This document shows, piece after piece, positions 26,926 to 41,127 of a DNA stretch of 64,000 bases; positions within the stretch are counted from its first letter, which is position 1, and each line of letters opens with the position of its first letter. Source of the stretch: Octopus vulgaris. Taxonomy: Eukaryota. The stretch covers positions 124,868,001-124,932,000 of the forward strand of contig OX597819.1 of assembly GCA_951406725.2 (NCBI GenBank), read 5' to 3'. A model generated the notes under the pieces. It did not search any database. It was not told the origin of the DNA and saw nothing but the letters and a program-made list of their open reading frames with translations. A program made the translations under genes and the position numbers.

Positions 26926-27721
26926 TCTGTGCGTGTGTGTGTGAGCATTAGTGTTTGTATGTATGTGTGTGAATATGTGTGTACACACATTTTGTTTTAA
27001 CGTTAAACCAAAAAAAATTTCTCATGGTTCGTTGCAGCTGTTTCAGTTTTAAGCCAAAGTTCGAAATCAGCTTCGCTCTCATCCTTCTAACCTCGAAGAT
27101 ATTAAAACACCAGTTATGTACAAGAATCGATATAATTGGCCATTCTCACCTACCAAATTGTTGGCCTTGTGCGTATGTAAGAAATCAATATTTAGGCCTG
27201 AGATGAAAGAATGGAGTAGAATAAAGAGAACAGTAGGGAAAAAAAGAAGAACCAAACGTAAAGAAGATAAAATACAGAAAATTTAATGAAGACGAGAAAA
27301 ATGTTGATTGGGAGGTGAAGGCAAAATCAAAAATGGAAACGTAGAGTAAAATATTAAAGTATATAATAAAGAGAAAAAACATAAAATGTTTACTGATTTC
27401 CAATCATAGTTGATATCGAAACTCTATCTATAAAAATAAAATAGAATTCAAGAAAGGAATTCTCGTTAAGTTTGTAGGCTAGAATGAGATGCTGACTAAA
27501 TGTGAATATAAAAATAAAAATTACATTTATTTTCTGAATTCTTCTTCATGTGGTGTTTGTTTCCATGTATGTTTGTTTGGATAAGTATCAATTCTTGTGT
27601 TCATGCTATTGTGTATGTGTGCGTGTTTTCAATATACACCTTTGTCGGATAATCCATTTCACGTTCAGTTAATATCTGCATTATAATCTCTCTACCTGTC
27701 CTTCTCTTTTGTACTACTAGA

Positions 27722-28141
<420 letters not shown>

Positions 28142-28447
28142 GCATGTGTCTATATGTGCGTGTGAGCAAAATAGCTAAAAGGTCATGTTTGTGTCTATAT
28201 GGATTTGATCAAGCAAAAAATATGAGTATTCCATTTCTCTCTCTCTCTCCTATCCTTTTTTCTGTATCTTATCAGCAAATGTAAATTCTAAACAAAAATC
28301 AGGTAAAAAAAAAAACTATATGGATAACCAGTGGCATTCTACCCTTGAATATAAAAATGTGCATCAGTTTCCTTTTGTTAGTTAACTTTCCTCAGATAGT
28401 AGTGAGTATAATGGGAGGCAAGGTTCACGATATCGCCTTCTTCCACA

Positions 28448-30178
28448 TTGAATGATTAGTGAGAGCTGTGCAAGCCATGTACAGGGATGCTGTCAGTAAG
28501 GTGAGAGTTGGCAATGCGTACAGTGAAGAATTCCGGGTAGAGGTAGGGGTCCGCCAATGTTCAGTTCTCAGCCCCCTCCTATTTATCATAGTCCTCCAAG
28601 TAATAACAGGGGAATTCAAGACAGGATGCCCCTGGGGGCTCCTCTATGCTGATGACCTTGCTCTAATTGCTGAGTCACTATCAAAACTAGAGAAGTTTCA
28701 GGTGTGGAAGCAAGGAATAGAATCGGAGGGCATGAGAGTCAACCTAGCTAAAACAAAAGTCCTAATAAGTAGGAAGGCAGACAAACCAAACATCTACCTT
28801 TAGGTAGATGGCCCTGCTCGATCTGTAGAAAAGGCGTAGGTAGAAACTCTATAAGATGTACCCAGTGTAAGCTATGGACACATAAGAGTTGCAGCAATAT
28901 CAAAGGAAGGCTAACTGGGAAGATAGTTTTTGTATGTGGCAGATGCTCAGGAGCAATAAACACTGAAAATGCGCAGAGAATAACTTCCGCCACACTCCAG
29001 GGAGAAAAACTATAAGTAGTTGATAGCTTCCGTTACCTAGGTGACCAAGTCAGTAGCGAGAGCAGGTGTGCTGAAAGTGTAATTGCTAGAATAAGAATAG
29101 TCTGGGCAAAGTTCGGAGAGCTCTTACCTCTGCTGGTGACAAAGGGCCTCTCACAGTATTACAGTAAAAGGTAGACTGTAATACGCATGTGTATGAACAG
29201 CCATGCTACATGGCAGTGAAACATGACTGCTGAGGACATGCGTAAGCTTTCCATGAATGAAGCCAGTATTCTCCGCTGGATGTGTAATGCCAATGTGCAT
29301 ACTCAACCGTGTAAGTACCTTGAGAGAAAAGTTGGACCTAAGAAGCATCAGATGTGGTGTGCAAGAGAGACGAGTTTGTTGGTATGGTCATGTGGTAAGA
29401 ATGGATGTGGATAGCTGTGTGAAAAAAGTGCCACACCCTAGTGGTTGATGGAACCTGTGGAAGAGGTAAACCCAGGAAGACCTGGAATGAGGTGGTGAAG
29501 CATGACCTTCGAACATTAGGCCTCACCGAGGCAATGACTAGTGACCAAGACCGTTGGAAATATGCTGTGCGTGAGAAGACCCAGCAAGCCAAGTGAGACC
29601 ACAACCTCGTGGCCTATGCCAGGGGTGTAACCAGCCCACTTATGTGTACCTTTCATTCATTTGACACTAAACACTGCTTGCGAAGACCAGTTGAGGCAAG
29701 TGAAATTGAAATCAAATTCGACGACTGGCATCCGTGCTAGTGGAGGGCTAAGAGCACCATCCGAGCGTGATCGTTGCCAGAGCAGCTGGCTGGCTTCCGT
29801 GCCGGTGGCACGTAAAAAGCATCATTTGAGCATGATCATTACTAGCGTCGCCTTACTGGCACATGTGCCGGTGGCTTGTGAAAAACATTCGAGTGAGGTC
29901 GTTGCCAGTGCCGTTGGACTGGCTCCTGTGCAGGTGGCACGTAAAAATCACCATTTGAGCGTGGCCGTTGCCAGTTCTAACTGACTGGCCCTCGTGCCGC
30001 TGGCACGTAAAAGCACCCACTACACTCTCAGAGTGGTTGGTGTTAGGAAGGGCATCCAGCTGTAGAAACTCTGCCAGATCAGATTGGAGTCTGGTGCAGT
30101 CATCTGGTTCTCAGTCCTCAGTCAAATCGTCCAACCCATGCCAGCATGGAAAGCAGACGTTAAACGATGGATGATGAT
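28448..30178 (+). mobile_element. 5'-truncated RTE-clade LINE (RT pseudogene, 3' UTR and (GAT)n tail)
   Basis: GVRQCSVLSPLLF, LLYADDLAL, VNLAKTKVL, FRYLGD, WYGHVVRM, RGKPRKTW; repeated GGCACGTAAAAAGCA units in the UTR. Confidence 0.92.
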
Positions 30179-30484
30179 AAGGTTCAAGCACTCTATTATC
30201 AGTCCACAAACAGACTACACTCAGAATACACAGGACCATGAGGTAGTGCAAACTCAGGGTCAGTGCATGATGTGGGAATCCACGTGTAGTGATGTAACAT
30301 TCCATTTGCCTATTACCCAGATAGCGAAAGTGGCAGGAAAGCTGGGATCAGTGTATTGCTGCACAAGGTGACTATTTTGGAGATGATGTTAAAACCTAGG
30401 TAAATAATTTATTTTTTATTAAACATAACAAGTCCAGAAACGTTTTGATATTGCCTCATGCTATCGATTTTACTCAGTGAAATT

Positions 30485-30970
30485 GGTAGCATGTAGGAGC
30501 CTGTTGGTTGGACAGTATCTGGTGTTGAGTGGTACATTAAAAGGACAATTTAAAAGTACCACTCAAAGCCAGATACTGTCCAACCAACAGGTTTCTACAT
30601 CCTACCAACCCGGTGACACGTAACTGGCATGTAAAAAGTGAAGAAATATGTGGGCCTTACAGAGGGTAATTTCAAGGCCAGGTTCAATAATCACACCTTG
30701 AGCTTCAGGCACTGGGATAAAAGGAAAACGAACAAATTATCCAGTCATATATGATCCTTAAAAGATAAAGGTGTCAGTTACAACATCCATTGGAAGATCT
30801 TAGCCAAGTGTAAGCCCTACACCAATGGCAGTGGAAAGAGCGGTCTTTGTGATAGGGAAAGATGGCTAATCTGGAAAAGCAGCTTAGACCCCGCTACATG
30901 TCTGAATTCAAGAACTGAACTTTTCGGATCATTCCCATATGTGGCTAAATATTTGTTACGTTTTTGGTCC
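30485..30970 (+). mobile_element. PLE GIY-YIG C-terminal remnant with a 5' inversion
   Basis: KKYVGLTEGNFKARFNNHTLSFRH..LKDKGVSYNIHWKILAKCKPY..LNSRTEL; 51-bp inverted repeat at the 5' end. Confidence 0.8.
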
Positions 30971-31602
30971 TCCCGAGATTGCAGATAGGACTTGCTTTCT
31001 ATATTGTGTCCATGTACAAGCTTTTTATCTCTTTATACTTTTTACTTATATTTCCTATATATTTTTATATATATTTATATATTTTTTATACATATATTTT
31101 TTTTATTACATATTTATAGAAATATTGTTTTATAGGTTTATTGATCATATATTTTTTACACATATTTTTTCTGTATTCTACCTTCCACCCTGCATTTTCC
31201 CTGTGCGGATATAGACGTGTATATGGAATCTTTTGTGCGCGCGTGTGGATGTGTGCGTGTGTGCGGGTGTGTGTGTATACATAGAAAATACACAAACACG
31301 GACATGCAAGCACATAAATATGCAGGATACGTACATACAGATGCACACACATACATACATGCATGTATAGGCACACATACACACACACTGACCCACACAC
31401 ATGCGCACAAGCAAACAAAAGGGAACGCAGTGTAAATAAGGGACAGAGTCAAGATTATTGAAAAGGTTGCAAGACGCAACGAAAATTTTAGGAAAATAAA
31501 AAATAAGAAATAAGTGGAAATTTTACCGGTGAGTGTGTTTATATTATAAGACACAAAAAGAAAATTACTCTCCGCAGACACAACAGTATATATATATATA
31601 TA

Positions 31603-31986
31603 CTAGCAGTATCGCCCGGCGTTGCTCGGGTTTGTAAGGGAAATAACTATATAAGCATTTTTAGAGATGTAAAGTATAATAGCCATCTGAATATGGCTAA
31701 CCACAAAGGGGGGGTTACTGTAGCTTTTTACGTTCTGAGATTTAATAATAAATTTTTAGAGAGTTACTTCCCTTATATATGCCAAAAATGCATTAAAAAT
31801 GGGAAAAATTGATGGTAATTTTTTTTTTTAAATCGTAGACGCGCGCTAATACCCAGAAGGGCTCGATATGAATCACGACTATAAGATACCCGCTTTTGGT
31901 TACACTGCACCGCAAAATGTGGGAGTAGTTAGGAATCTAAATCGTAGGAGACAGACAGCACACAACCTCACTTTTATATATAAAGA
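31603..31986 (-). mobile_element. Helitron H1
   Basis: TC and CTAG termini plus hairpin; inserted in (TA)n. Confidence 0.88.
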
Positions 31987-32053
31987 TATATATATATATA
32001 ACTTTTTTTCCTAATGAGATAAAAAACCAAGGCTGAGTAGATTTTAGAACATT

Positions 32054-32092
<39 letters not shown>

Positions 32093-32908
32093 ATAGGGAG
32101 AGAGAGAGAGAGTGAATGAGAGGAATGATAGAAAGAGAAACATTTGCATACACATTTTTGTTAATGCATGTAGCTCTCATGCACGCACACATATATACAT
32201 ATACACATATACTCTCAAACCCTGCACTTGGAAGTGCATATAAGCATGTATATATGTACTTGTATTTGTATGTGTGCATGTGTGCATGAGCACATATGTC
32301 ATTGAAGTATAAATTGGCCCTTTTAGCTTGTTTGTACGTCTGCTTTTTCGTTTTTACATTTCCTTTCTTTCTTCTATTCAGTTTTCTCTCTCTCTCTCCA
32401 CCTCTCTCTCTCTCTCTCCACCTCTCTCTCTCTCTCCACCTCTCTCTCTCTCTCCACCTCTCTCTCTCTCTCCACCTCTCTCTCTCTCTCCACCTCTCTT
32501 TCTCTCCACCTCTCCATCCCTTCACGTCTCTCTTAATAAGCCACTTGCTATTGTTTGACCTTACAAGTTATTAATGTCCCATTTACTCTGCCTGAAATAA
32601 TGCCTTTGACATACCATAGTAATATTCCGTCTACTGCGGGTGTTGATTGTTTCCTCTGCTTTCAGACTTCCGTTTTTTCCTTCAACTTTGCGTTTGAATA
32701 TTCAATCTTGTGAATATTTCAATGTTCTAAATATTTCATATCCTCAGCATTTAGTCCTCCTCCATCCCATTTTGATGTTGTTGCCAACTCTTAGTCATAG
32801 TCGACAATCCACACAACATGTTCATCACTTGCCTTTTAACGTAATCTTGATGGTATTTATCAGCAATGATGACAGGATTTGTTTGTCTATTACTGTGATG
32901 TTAATATT

Positions 32909-33291
32909 GGAGGCGCAATGGCCCAGTGGTTAGGGCAGCGGACTCGCGGTCGTAGGATCGCGGTTTCGATTCCCAGACCGGGCGTTGTGAGTGTTTATTG
33001 AGCGAAAACACCTAAAGCTCCACGAGGCTCCGGCAGGGGTGGTGGTGACCCCTGCTGTACTCTTTCACCACAACTTTCTCTCACTCTTACTTCCTGTTTC
33101 TGTTGTACCTGTATTTCAAAGGGCCGGCCTTGTCACTCTCTGTGTCACGCTGAATATCCCCGAGAACTACGTTAAGGGTACACGTGTCTGTGGAGTGCTC
33201 AGCCACTTACACGTTAATTTCACGAGCTGGCTGTTCCGTTGATCGGATCAACCGGAACCCTCGTCGTCGTAACCGACGGAGTGCTTCCATA
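32909..33291 (+). mobile_element. tRNA-derived SINE family D, young copy
   Basis: A-box TGGCCCAGTGG, B-box GGTTTCGATTCC; 12-bp TSD GATGTTAATATT at 32897-32908 and 33292-33303. Confidence 0.88.
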
Positions 33292-33341
33292 GATGTTAAT
33301 ATTTCATCTAACAAAAACCCTATGGATGACTGATTGGTACA

Positions 33342-33548
33342 GTGGCGAGCTGGCAGAAACGTTAGCACGCCGGGCGAAATGCTTAGCGGTATTTCGTCTG
33401 CCGTTACGTTGGGAGTTCAAATTCCGCCGAGGTCGATAAATTAAGTACCAGTTACGCACTGGGGTCGATGTAATCGACTTAATACCTATGTCTGTCCTTA
33501 TTTGTCCCTTCTATGTTTAGTCCCTTGTGAGTAATAAAGAAATAGGTA
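33342..33548 (+). mobile_element. SINE family B monomer (internal deletion)
   Basis: GGCGAGCTGGCAGAA head through the AAAGAAATAGGTA end. Confidence 0.85.
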
Positions 33549-33730
33549 CAGTACATGACAAAACACTACTACATTTCTTTGAGTTTTAAATTCGATTCCT
33601 GTTGGAATAAATTTTGCCTTTCATACTACTGGAGTCGATAAAATAGGTGTCAATTACTTTAATCAGTTTATGATATTTGGTTATGTTTCATTACATTCTT
33701 TGTAAAACATGAATAAACTTCCCTTGTGAA

Positions 33731-34190
33731 TCATCATCATCATCATCATCGTTTAACATCCGTTTTCCATGCTAGCATGGGTTGGACGGTTCGACCGGGG
33801 TCTGAGAAGCCAGGAGGCTGCACCAGGCTCCAATCTGATCTGGCAGTGTTTCTACAACTGGATGCCCTTCCTAACGCCAACCACTCCGTGAATGTAGTAG
33901 GTGGTTTTTATGTGCCACCGGCACGGTGCCAGGCAAGGCTGGCAACGGCCACGATCGGTTGGTGCTTTTTACGTGCCATCGGCACGGAGGCCAGTCGGGG
34001 CGGTGCTGGCAACGGCCACGTTCGGATGGTTCTTTTACGTGCCACCGGCACTGGTATCACAACTACAATTTCCATTGATTTTTGAGCGATTTCGATTTCG
34101 ATTCCGATTTCACTTGCCTCAACAGGTCTTCACAAGCAGAGTTTAGTGTCCCAAGAAGGAAAGGTATGCATAAATGGGCTGGCTACATCC
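33731..34190 (-). mobile_element. RTE LINE 3' UTR fragment
   Basis: Homologous to ~29620-30178; (GAT)n tail. Confidence 0.8.
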
Positions 34191-36069
34191 TTTGAAAGAC
34201 GTAATCACTGGAAACTGTTTAAATAATACTGAATCTATCCAGCTTTAGTGTATGAAAATATCATTGTTTGCTTTTTATCCTTTAGATACTTGTTGTTTTC
34301 GTAGTTCTATTCTCAGCAACAGCTTCTATGTGTCACTTTCACGTCACGCTTACACAGATCCTTGTATTTTAGGTACAGTCAGGCTTTGCCTTTCTCCCCA
34401 GATACCAGATGACGATAGAATAGGTCTCTTGGAATACAACCATCATCTATAATATGACAGATATGTTCAAGACATCAAAATAGTCATTAACACAAGAAGA
34501 GGAGCATAAAAGAGATGTTTTTCATAGTATGGACATCAGCATTGCAGATCCTGTTCTGCTTTTAATTTTAAGCATTCTGCACAGACACCTTGTTTAGAAT
34601 ACATGAGGTTGGTACTTTTTGTAGGGGAATCACAACCGTGTTTCGTGGTCTGCTACCACAGCAGCTCCTTTATAGGATCCAGTTAGCTCAAGACATCATC
34701 AGGAGGAACCACGCCCGGTTTCGGCTCCTACTCCTTTACCGTTTTGACGTGGCGCCCCACCCTTTCGGAGGTGTCTTCAGCTCTGGTGTTTCTTCTTCTT
34801 TCTTCTGTTCCCTGGCCTCTTCGATGTAGCGTCAGCGAGTGTCAGCCGGCGACTGACTGACTTTTTCCCCCTTTAAATACCTGCCGTTAAGCTCCAGCAG
34901 GCAGCCACAGTAAGTTGTCACGTGACACTGTCTCACCTTAACTGACTAGTGAAGGCGCGTAGTCTTAGCCATAACTCACTGCCATAAAGAAATGTACTGA
35001 GAACACAAGCTCTGTATACGATAATTTTTATTAATGACAGCAATTGTTTTAACACATCTAGCATCAATCCCTTAATGGGTGGGACGCTTAACTGGTTCCG
35101 GAGCATCTGGTAGAGCAGATGAGTCTCTTTGAGTGATAAATAGATATAACTTATTAAAATTGTTGCTCACCACAAGGTCAAGTATACAAATTTATGTACT
35201 ACTTTCGGTCTCTTGCATTTTTATTTTAATGCATATAAGTCCTTCATTGAGGACCGGAAGGGGTGTTTCAAGAAGTGCACAAAGGAGATACCAGTGGAAA
35301 CACATTCTTGCTTTACTTCACTTTTCACTCCAAATTCCTTAAACATACTTCAAACTGCACAATGCCATGAAAAAAGTCTTATGATGTTAGTAGCTCAGAT
35401 GGACAACCAATAGTAACATCTTAAAGGGGCTACTTCAACTGAAGACTCCAAGGAAGCTGATTCTGCTCTCAGCACTTATTGAAGCTGAGACAATACATAT
35501 GGGGTATCAAAAGATTCAGTAATCTTTTGGCTACCAAACTAAACTTGCTAGCCACCTTATTATCATATAATATTATTATATTATTGTTGTCTCAATTTAA
35601 TTGTCTTAATTTAATATTATAATATTATTGAAGGATACGGGAGGTAGAAATTTATATCGCAAGCTGGAGGAGATGTCTTCCTGGGGCTACAAGCTACAGT
35701 AGCATCGACCTTTAAGGATTAGCCACATTTAGGTGGCAAATATACTTCATAATGTCGTACAGCTACTGTTTATACCTCACTCAGAGATTTATTTTATATA
35801 TATATATATATATAAACCAGCTTAGAGAAGAAGAAACGAAACAAAACCAGACGAATCGAATCAAATCGACGCGAAGGCGCTCAGTCATACAATAGTGTAA
35901 TAAATAAAATATATGCATACATACAAATATATATGTACGTACCTACATCTACATGTATATATACATGCATATATAAATATATATACGTGTGTACAGGACA
36001 CCACAAATAGACGTAGAACTCAACGAGAATCGAAAACGTAAAACTCATGTGTGTGTGTGTATATATATA

Positions 36070-36135
<66 letters not shown>

Positions 36136-36140
<5 letters not shown>

Positions 36141-36950
36141 GTTCGAAGAATTTGCCGGTATCTTTTTGCTGCCGATAAAAAAGACTGCGTGGTGGATTTG
36201 AAAAAAATTAAAATGTATAAGCAATGAGACACATGCTGGATTGGCTTCGTTGTTTATATATTTAGTGTTTGGCGTCCCTGTTGATGAAGACTTCGCCTGG
36301 TAAATTATTTTATTTACTAAAATAAGTCAGAAACCATGGTCCAAGAAAGAGATGGTGAATGTTATTTTTCATTCCCTTCGAGAATTTATCCCTAATTAGT
36401 GGTTTGGACTTTAGCTGTTCTTTCTAGCGTAAAGGATTCCTATGATGGAAACCTCTTAATGTGTTTAAATATACACTGTATTTTATATGAATAATATGTA
36501 GTCTATTGATTAATTTTTCTATACGCTAGGCCACTGGTAGTAAACATTTCTAAAATCTTTATTACCTTGATATTATGATTTCTGTATAATGATTTCTGAT
36601 AGATTCGTTCAAAGAATTTGCCGGCATCTTTTTGCTGCCGATAAAAAAAGACTGCGTTTACGTGGTGGATTTGAAAAAAATTAAAATGTATAAGCAATGA
36701 GACACATGCTGGATTGGCCTCGTTGTTTATATATTTAGTGTTTGGCGTCGCCTGGTAAATTATTTTATTTACTGAAATAAGTCAGAAACCATGGTCCAGG
36801 AAAGAGATGGTGAATGTTTTTATTTTTCATTCCCTTCGAGAATTTATCCCTAATTAGTAGTTTGGACTTTAGCTGTTCTTTCTAGCGTAAAGGATTCCTA
36901 TGATGGAAACCTCTTAATATGTTTAAGTGTACACTGCATTTCATATGAAA
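36136..36950 (+). repeat. Tandem pLTR-like duplication (~36136-36495 and ~36604-36950)
   Basis: Two near-identical ~350-bp units; the first has an HHR-like motif CCTG-TTGATGA-A-GACTT..AAGTC-A-GAAA-CCATGG-TC at 36275-36346; the second has the core deleted. Confidence 0.8.
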
Positions 36951-36961
36951 TATATATATAA

Positions 36962-37508
36962 TCTTATATAAAATCCGTTCTGTCTGTCTGTACGTCTAAT
37001 CGGATCTCGGGCATCCTCCATCCGATTGCGCTTAAATTTGATATGTAGATACCAACAGTATCAGGGCGTGTATAAGTCTTGAAAAAATTACAAAAAGCGA
37101 TTCCAGGTGAGAATGCGATCGATAAAGCCGTTTTTGTCCTGCTTTTCTTCTGTCAACCTGTACATAACTGCACCTTCCATTTTTAGTTGTGTTTGTACTT
37201 CTTAAAGGCACGTTTCTTTCCTGCCAAACTTACTGTTTAAACCATGTTTGTGTTCTCCCAGTCAACAGCCTTATCATTACTGGTACTTTAAACTCTTCGG
37301 TTGCATATTTGTGTGAATAAAATCGTTTTTCTTTGGAATAGAAAAAAGTCTATCTTTATTTCTTCTTTTGCTGGAGTCTCAAATTTAGGTTAAATCAGTG
37401 TTTCTCAAAGGGGAGGCCTATGGGACGGTCGGACAAGTTGTTTTGAGAAAATTTCGTTAAAATGTTAGACAACTCAGCACCGTCCATTGGACGGAGGCGT
37501 TTTACTTG
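36962..37508 (+). mobile_element. Non-autonomous Helitron family H2
   Basis: A|TC start with (CTGT)n; 3' hairpin CCGTCC-ATT-GGACGG; CTTG|T end; flanked by (TA)n. Confidence 0.65.
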
Positions 37509-37510
37509 TA

Positions 37511-37541
<31 letters not shown>

Positions 37542-37556
37542 TTATTTTATAGAAGG

Positions 37557-37607
37557 AGCTTCTACAGGACTAGAACTGTTTCATTCAAAAGAAATCATCA
37601 GGAAGCT
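37557..37607 (-). ncRNA. Type I hammerhead ribozyme in the 3' pLTR
   Basis: AGCTTC-CTGATGA-T-TTC TTTT GAA-T-GAAA-CAG TTCTAGTC CTG-TA-GAAGCT. Confidence 0.8.
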
Positions 37608-38611
37608 AGTAGACAAGAGTTGTTTTGGCATTTATACATTTAGGCAGGTTTAAATGGGTGGTGGTGGGGGACTTTTTTTGGGGGTAGGCATGGCGCAAAA
37701 CTGTCATTATAAGGGGAGTGGTCAAAGGAATCGTTGGTAAAGTAGATAATAGAATAAATAAAAGAATAAAAAAATAAAATAAAAAGATAAAAAAATATAA
37801 ATAGAAAAATAGGGTTTTAAGTAAGTAGGGAGACTCTCACTTGTACATCTACATATATATATATACACATATATACACCCACATATTCACATATATCTAT
37901 ACATATACATACATACCCACATATACATACATATATATATATATATACATACACATACATATACATATATATATACATACATATACATACATACACATAC
38001 CCATGTACGTACACACAGATACACATATACATACATATACATACATATATGTATACCCACTCGCACAAATATATACAAATGCATATACATGCACACACAT
38101 ACACACACATTTTTATTCTCTTATTTTAATTTTATTATTACTGCTTTTTGTTTATATCTTTATTTTTATTTTTATCTTGACCGGTCAATCGGTCTCAAGG
38201 GACGATATAAAGATTCCGTTTATCTGTCTACTTACTTATACGAAGAACGCAGGCACTCACTCACGCCCACACACTCACACGTACACACACGTACGTGTTA
38301 TATTCATACACGCATACATCTACATACATTCACGTATATTCACATACACGCATACACATACATACCTCAACACACTCACAGAAGATTAGTCCATACATAT
38401 ACACTAATTAATATATATATACACATATACATATACACATACATACACATACATACATATACATACACATATACATATATATAAACATATATACTCATAT
38501 ACATATACATACACATATACACTCATACATATATACACACACATACATATACATATACATATACATATATATATATATATATATATAAAACGGGATACAT
38601 GCATACTCAAC

Positions 38612-38665
<54 letters not shown>

Positions 38666-38931
38666 TATATACGTGCAGTTACCCATTATACAAACGGATA
38701 CATACATATAAACATACCCATATATACCTATTTACACATATGTATATATACATACATACATACACACATAACTCTACATACCTACATATACATAAACACA
38801 CATGCGTACATATATATATACATATATATATGTATATATATATACATATATATATACATACACATACACATACACACACATATATATACACATCCATATA
38901 CACATACACACATACACACATACACACACAT

Positions 38932-38968
<37 letters not shown>

Positions 38969-39011
38969 CACATACACACACATATACATATACATACATA
39001 TATATATATAC

Positions 39012-39042
<31 letters not shown>

Positions 39043-39541
39043 CATGTGTATATATACACACATATATATATATACATATACGTACATACACATACACACA
39101 AGCACATACATGCATAAATGTATACATATGTTTATACAAATGCATACACATACACACTCTCACGCGCCTCCTTATATACATAAATACATGCATGCATACA
39201 AACGCATACTCGTATAATAAATAATGAATAATAAATAATAGATATATATACACATGCAGTTACCCTTTGTACAGACGGAAACATACATATAAGCATACAC
39301 GTATATACCCATCTACACACATATATATATATATACATACATACACATACACACAACTCTACATACTTACATATACCTAAACACACGAGCGTACACATAT
39401 ATATACATATATATATACACATACATATATATACACATATATATATACACACATACATACATACACAGACATACACACATATATACACATATATACATAC
39501 ACATACATACACATACACATACATACACATATATATACACA

Positions 39542-39592
<51 letters not shown>

Positions 39593-40996
39593 AAAAACAT
39601 ATAAAATATAAAAAACCACACACATACACCCATACACATGTACATACAAATACACATACACGCACTCACATACATGCGTATATTCCTACTAACACCTATT
39701 CATTTCTATACATATATACAATACATATATACAAGTGTACAAATACAATCTGTGAATAGTCTTAGGAGGAAAGTTAATCGGGGGTGCTGGGGGAACGGTG
39801 GGGTTGGGGGGGTTTTGTGGGTGGGGTGTCGTCAATCGGGTTGCCGGGTGGGTCTATAGTTCTTGTAGTTTGCATAAATTTCATGCATGCAATTTGGGGA
39901 GTGTTCTGAGATCTTGTTGAGGAGATGGCCTTTGGCGGACAAGATCTCTAGGCTCTCGGAAATGCAAAGGTCACAGCAGGTATGGCCTCCTGTGTACGAA
40001 CGCGCCTTCTGTAGTAGTCTCCACTTGGTCTTGAAGGGGATGGAGTTCCTTTTAAGGTACCAGATGTGGGCGGCGAGGGTAGTTTGGTTGGATTTATCAG
40101 GTCGCCGGAACGAGTGTGTGTGGGCGTACCAACGGGTCTTAAAGCTGTTTGACGTCATTCCGATGTACGATTTTCTTTTATCATCGGGGCCTGATCGTAC
40201 CTCGCATGTATATACGAGGTCCCTCTGTAGGCAGTTGTTGTTGAGGGGGCAGGTGGTTTTATCAGGGCAGTTGCAATTGCTATCGGATGTTGGATGGGCC
40301 TCGGAAAGAGTAGATATATTAAGTTTTTTCACGTTGTTGTTGGCTAGGTTCCTGGCTAGATTGGGCGTGGTAGAGTAGGAGAGTCTAATGGTGTTCTTAT
40401 TTAGGATAGTATAGTACTTATGTTGGGTGGGGAAGTGTTTCTGTAGGAGAGTGAAGAAGATTTTAGCTACAGGTGTAGCGACCTCACGGTTGAAGGGGGG
40501 TTGTACCAGCTAATGTGTCTTCGCCTATTTTTCCTAGGTTGGCGTGGGGCTATACTAGTACAGGTGATCTTATCTTTAAAGCCACTGCGGGCCAGGGCCT
40601 CGTAATAGGGGGCTGCGGCATTAAAGATATCTTCAGTAGCGGACAGGCTAGATATTCTAATTGAGACACTTTTTACTAGGTTGTCTAATATATTTTTGGG
40701 GTGGTTGGAATTAATATCTATATATCTAAGGGATTCATTTGGTTTGTGGTACGGGTAGTACAAGTGAGAGTCTCCCTACTTACCTAAAACCCTATTTTTC
40801 TATTTATATTTTTTTATCTTTTTATTTTATTTTTTTATTCTTTTATTTATTCTATTATCTACTTTACCAACGATTCCTTTGACCACTCCCCTTATAATGA
40901 CAGTTTTGCGCCATGCCTACCCCCAAAAAAAGTCCCCCACCACCACCCATTTAAACCTGCCTAAATGTATAAATGCCAAAACAACTCTTGTCTACT

Positions 40997-41047
40997 AGCT
41001 TCCTGATGATTTCTTTTGAATGAAACAGTTCTAGTCCTGTAGAAGCT
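40997..41047 (+). ncRNA. Type I hammerhead ribozyme in the inverted 5' pLTR
   Basis: Identical to 37557-37607; canonical CUGAUGA, GAAA and GUA; predicted cleavage after A41041. Confidence 0.8.
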
Positions 41048-41127
41048 CCTTCTATAAAATAAATTAATTTACTCTGCTATGTATTGAGTACCTTATTGAC
41101 TGTGGTTAACCCCGACTCAACCCGGGA

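Noticed and set aside
34401-34607. Possible host exon between AG and GT sites
   Set aside because: Stops occur in all frames from the better acceptor, and the donor is weak
34621-34985. GC-richer block resembling a solo LTR or HHR (CTGAAGA..GAAACCGG on the minus strand)
   Set aside because: No TSD found; the cleavage triplet and stem I are missing
37817-39675. Many ORFs rich in YI, HT or CV (also at ~2 kb, 19 kb, 23.7 kb, 27.7 kb)
   Set aside because: They are translations of microsatellites
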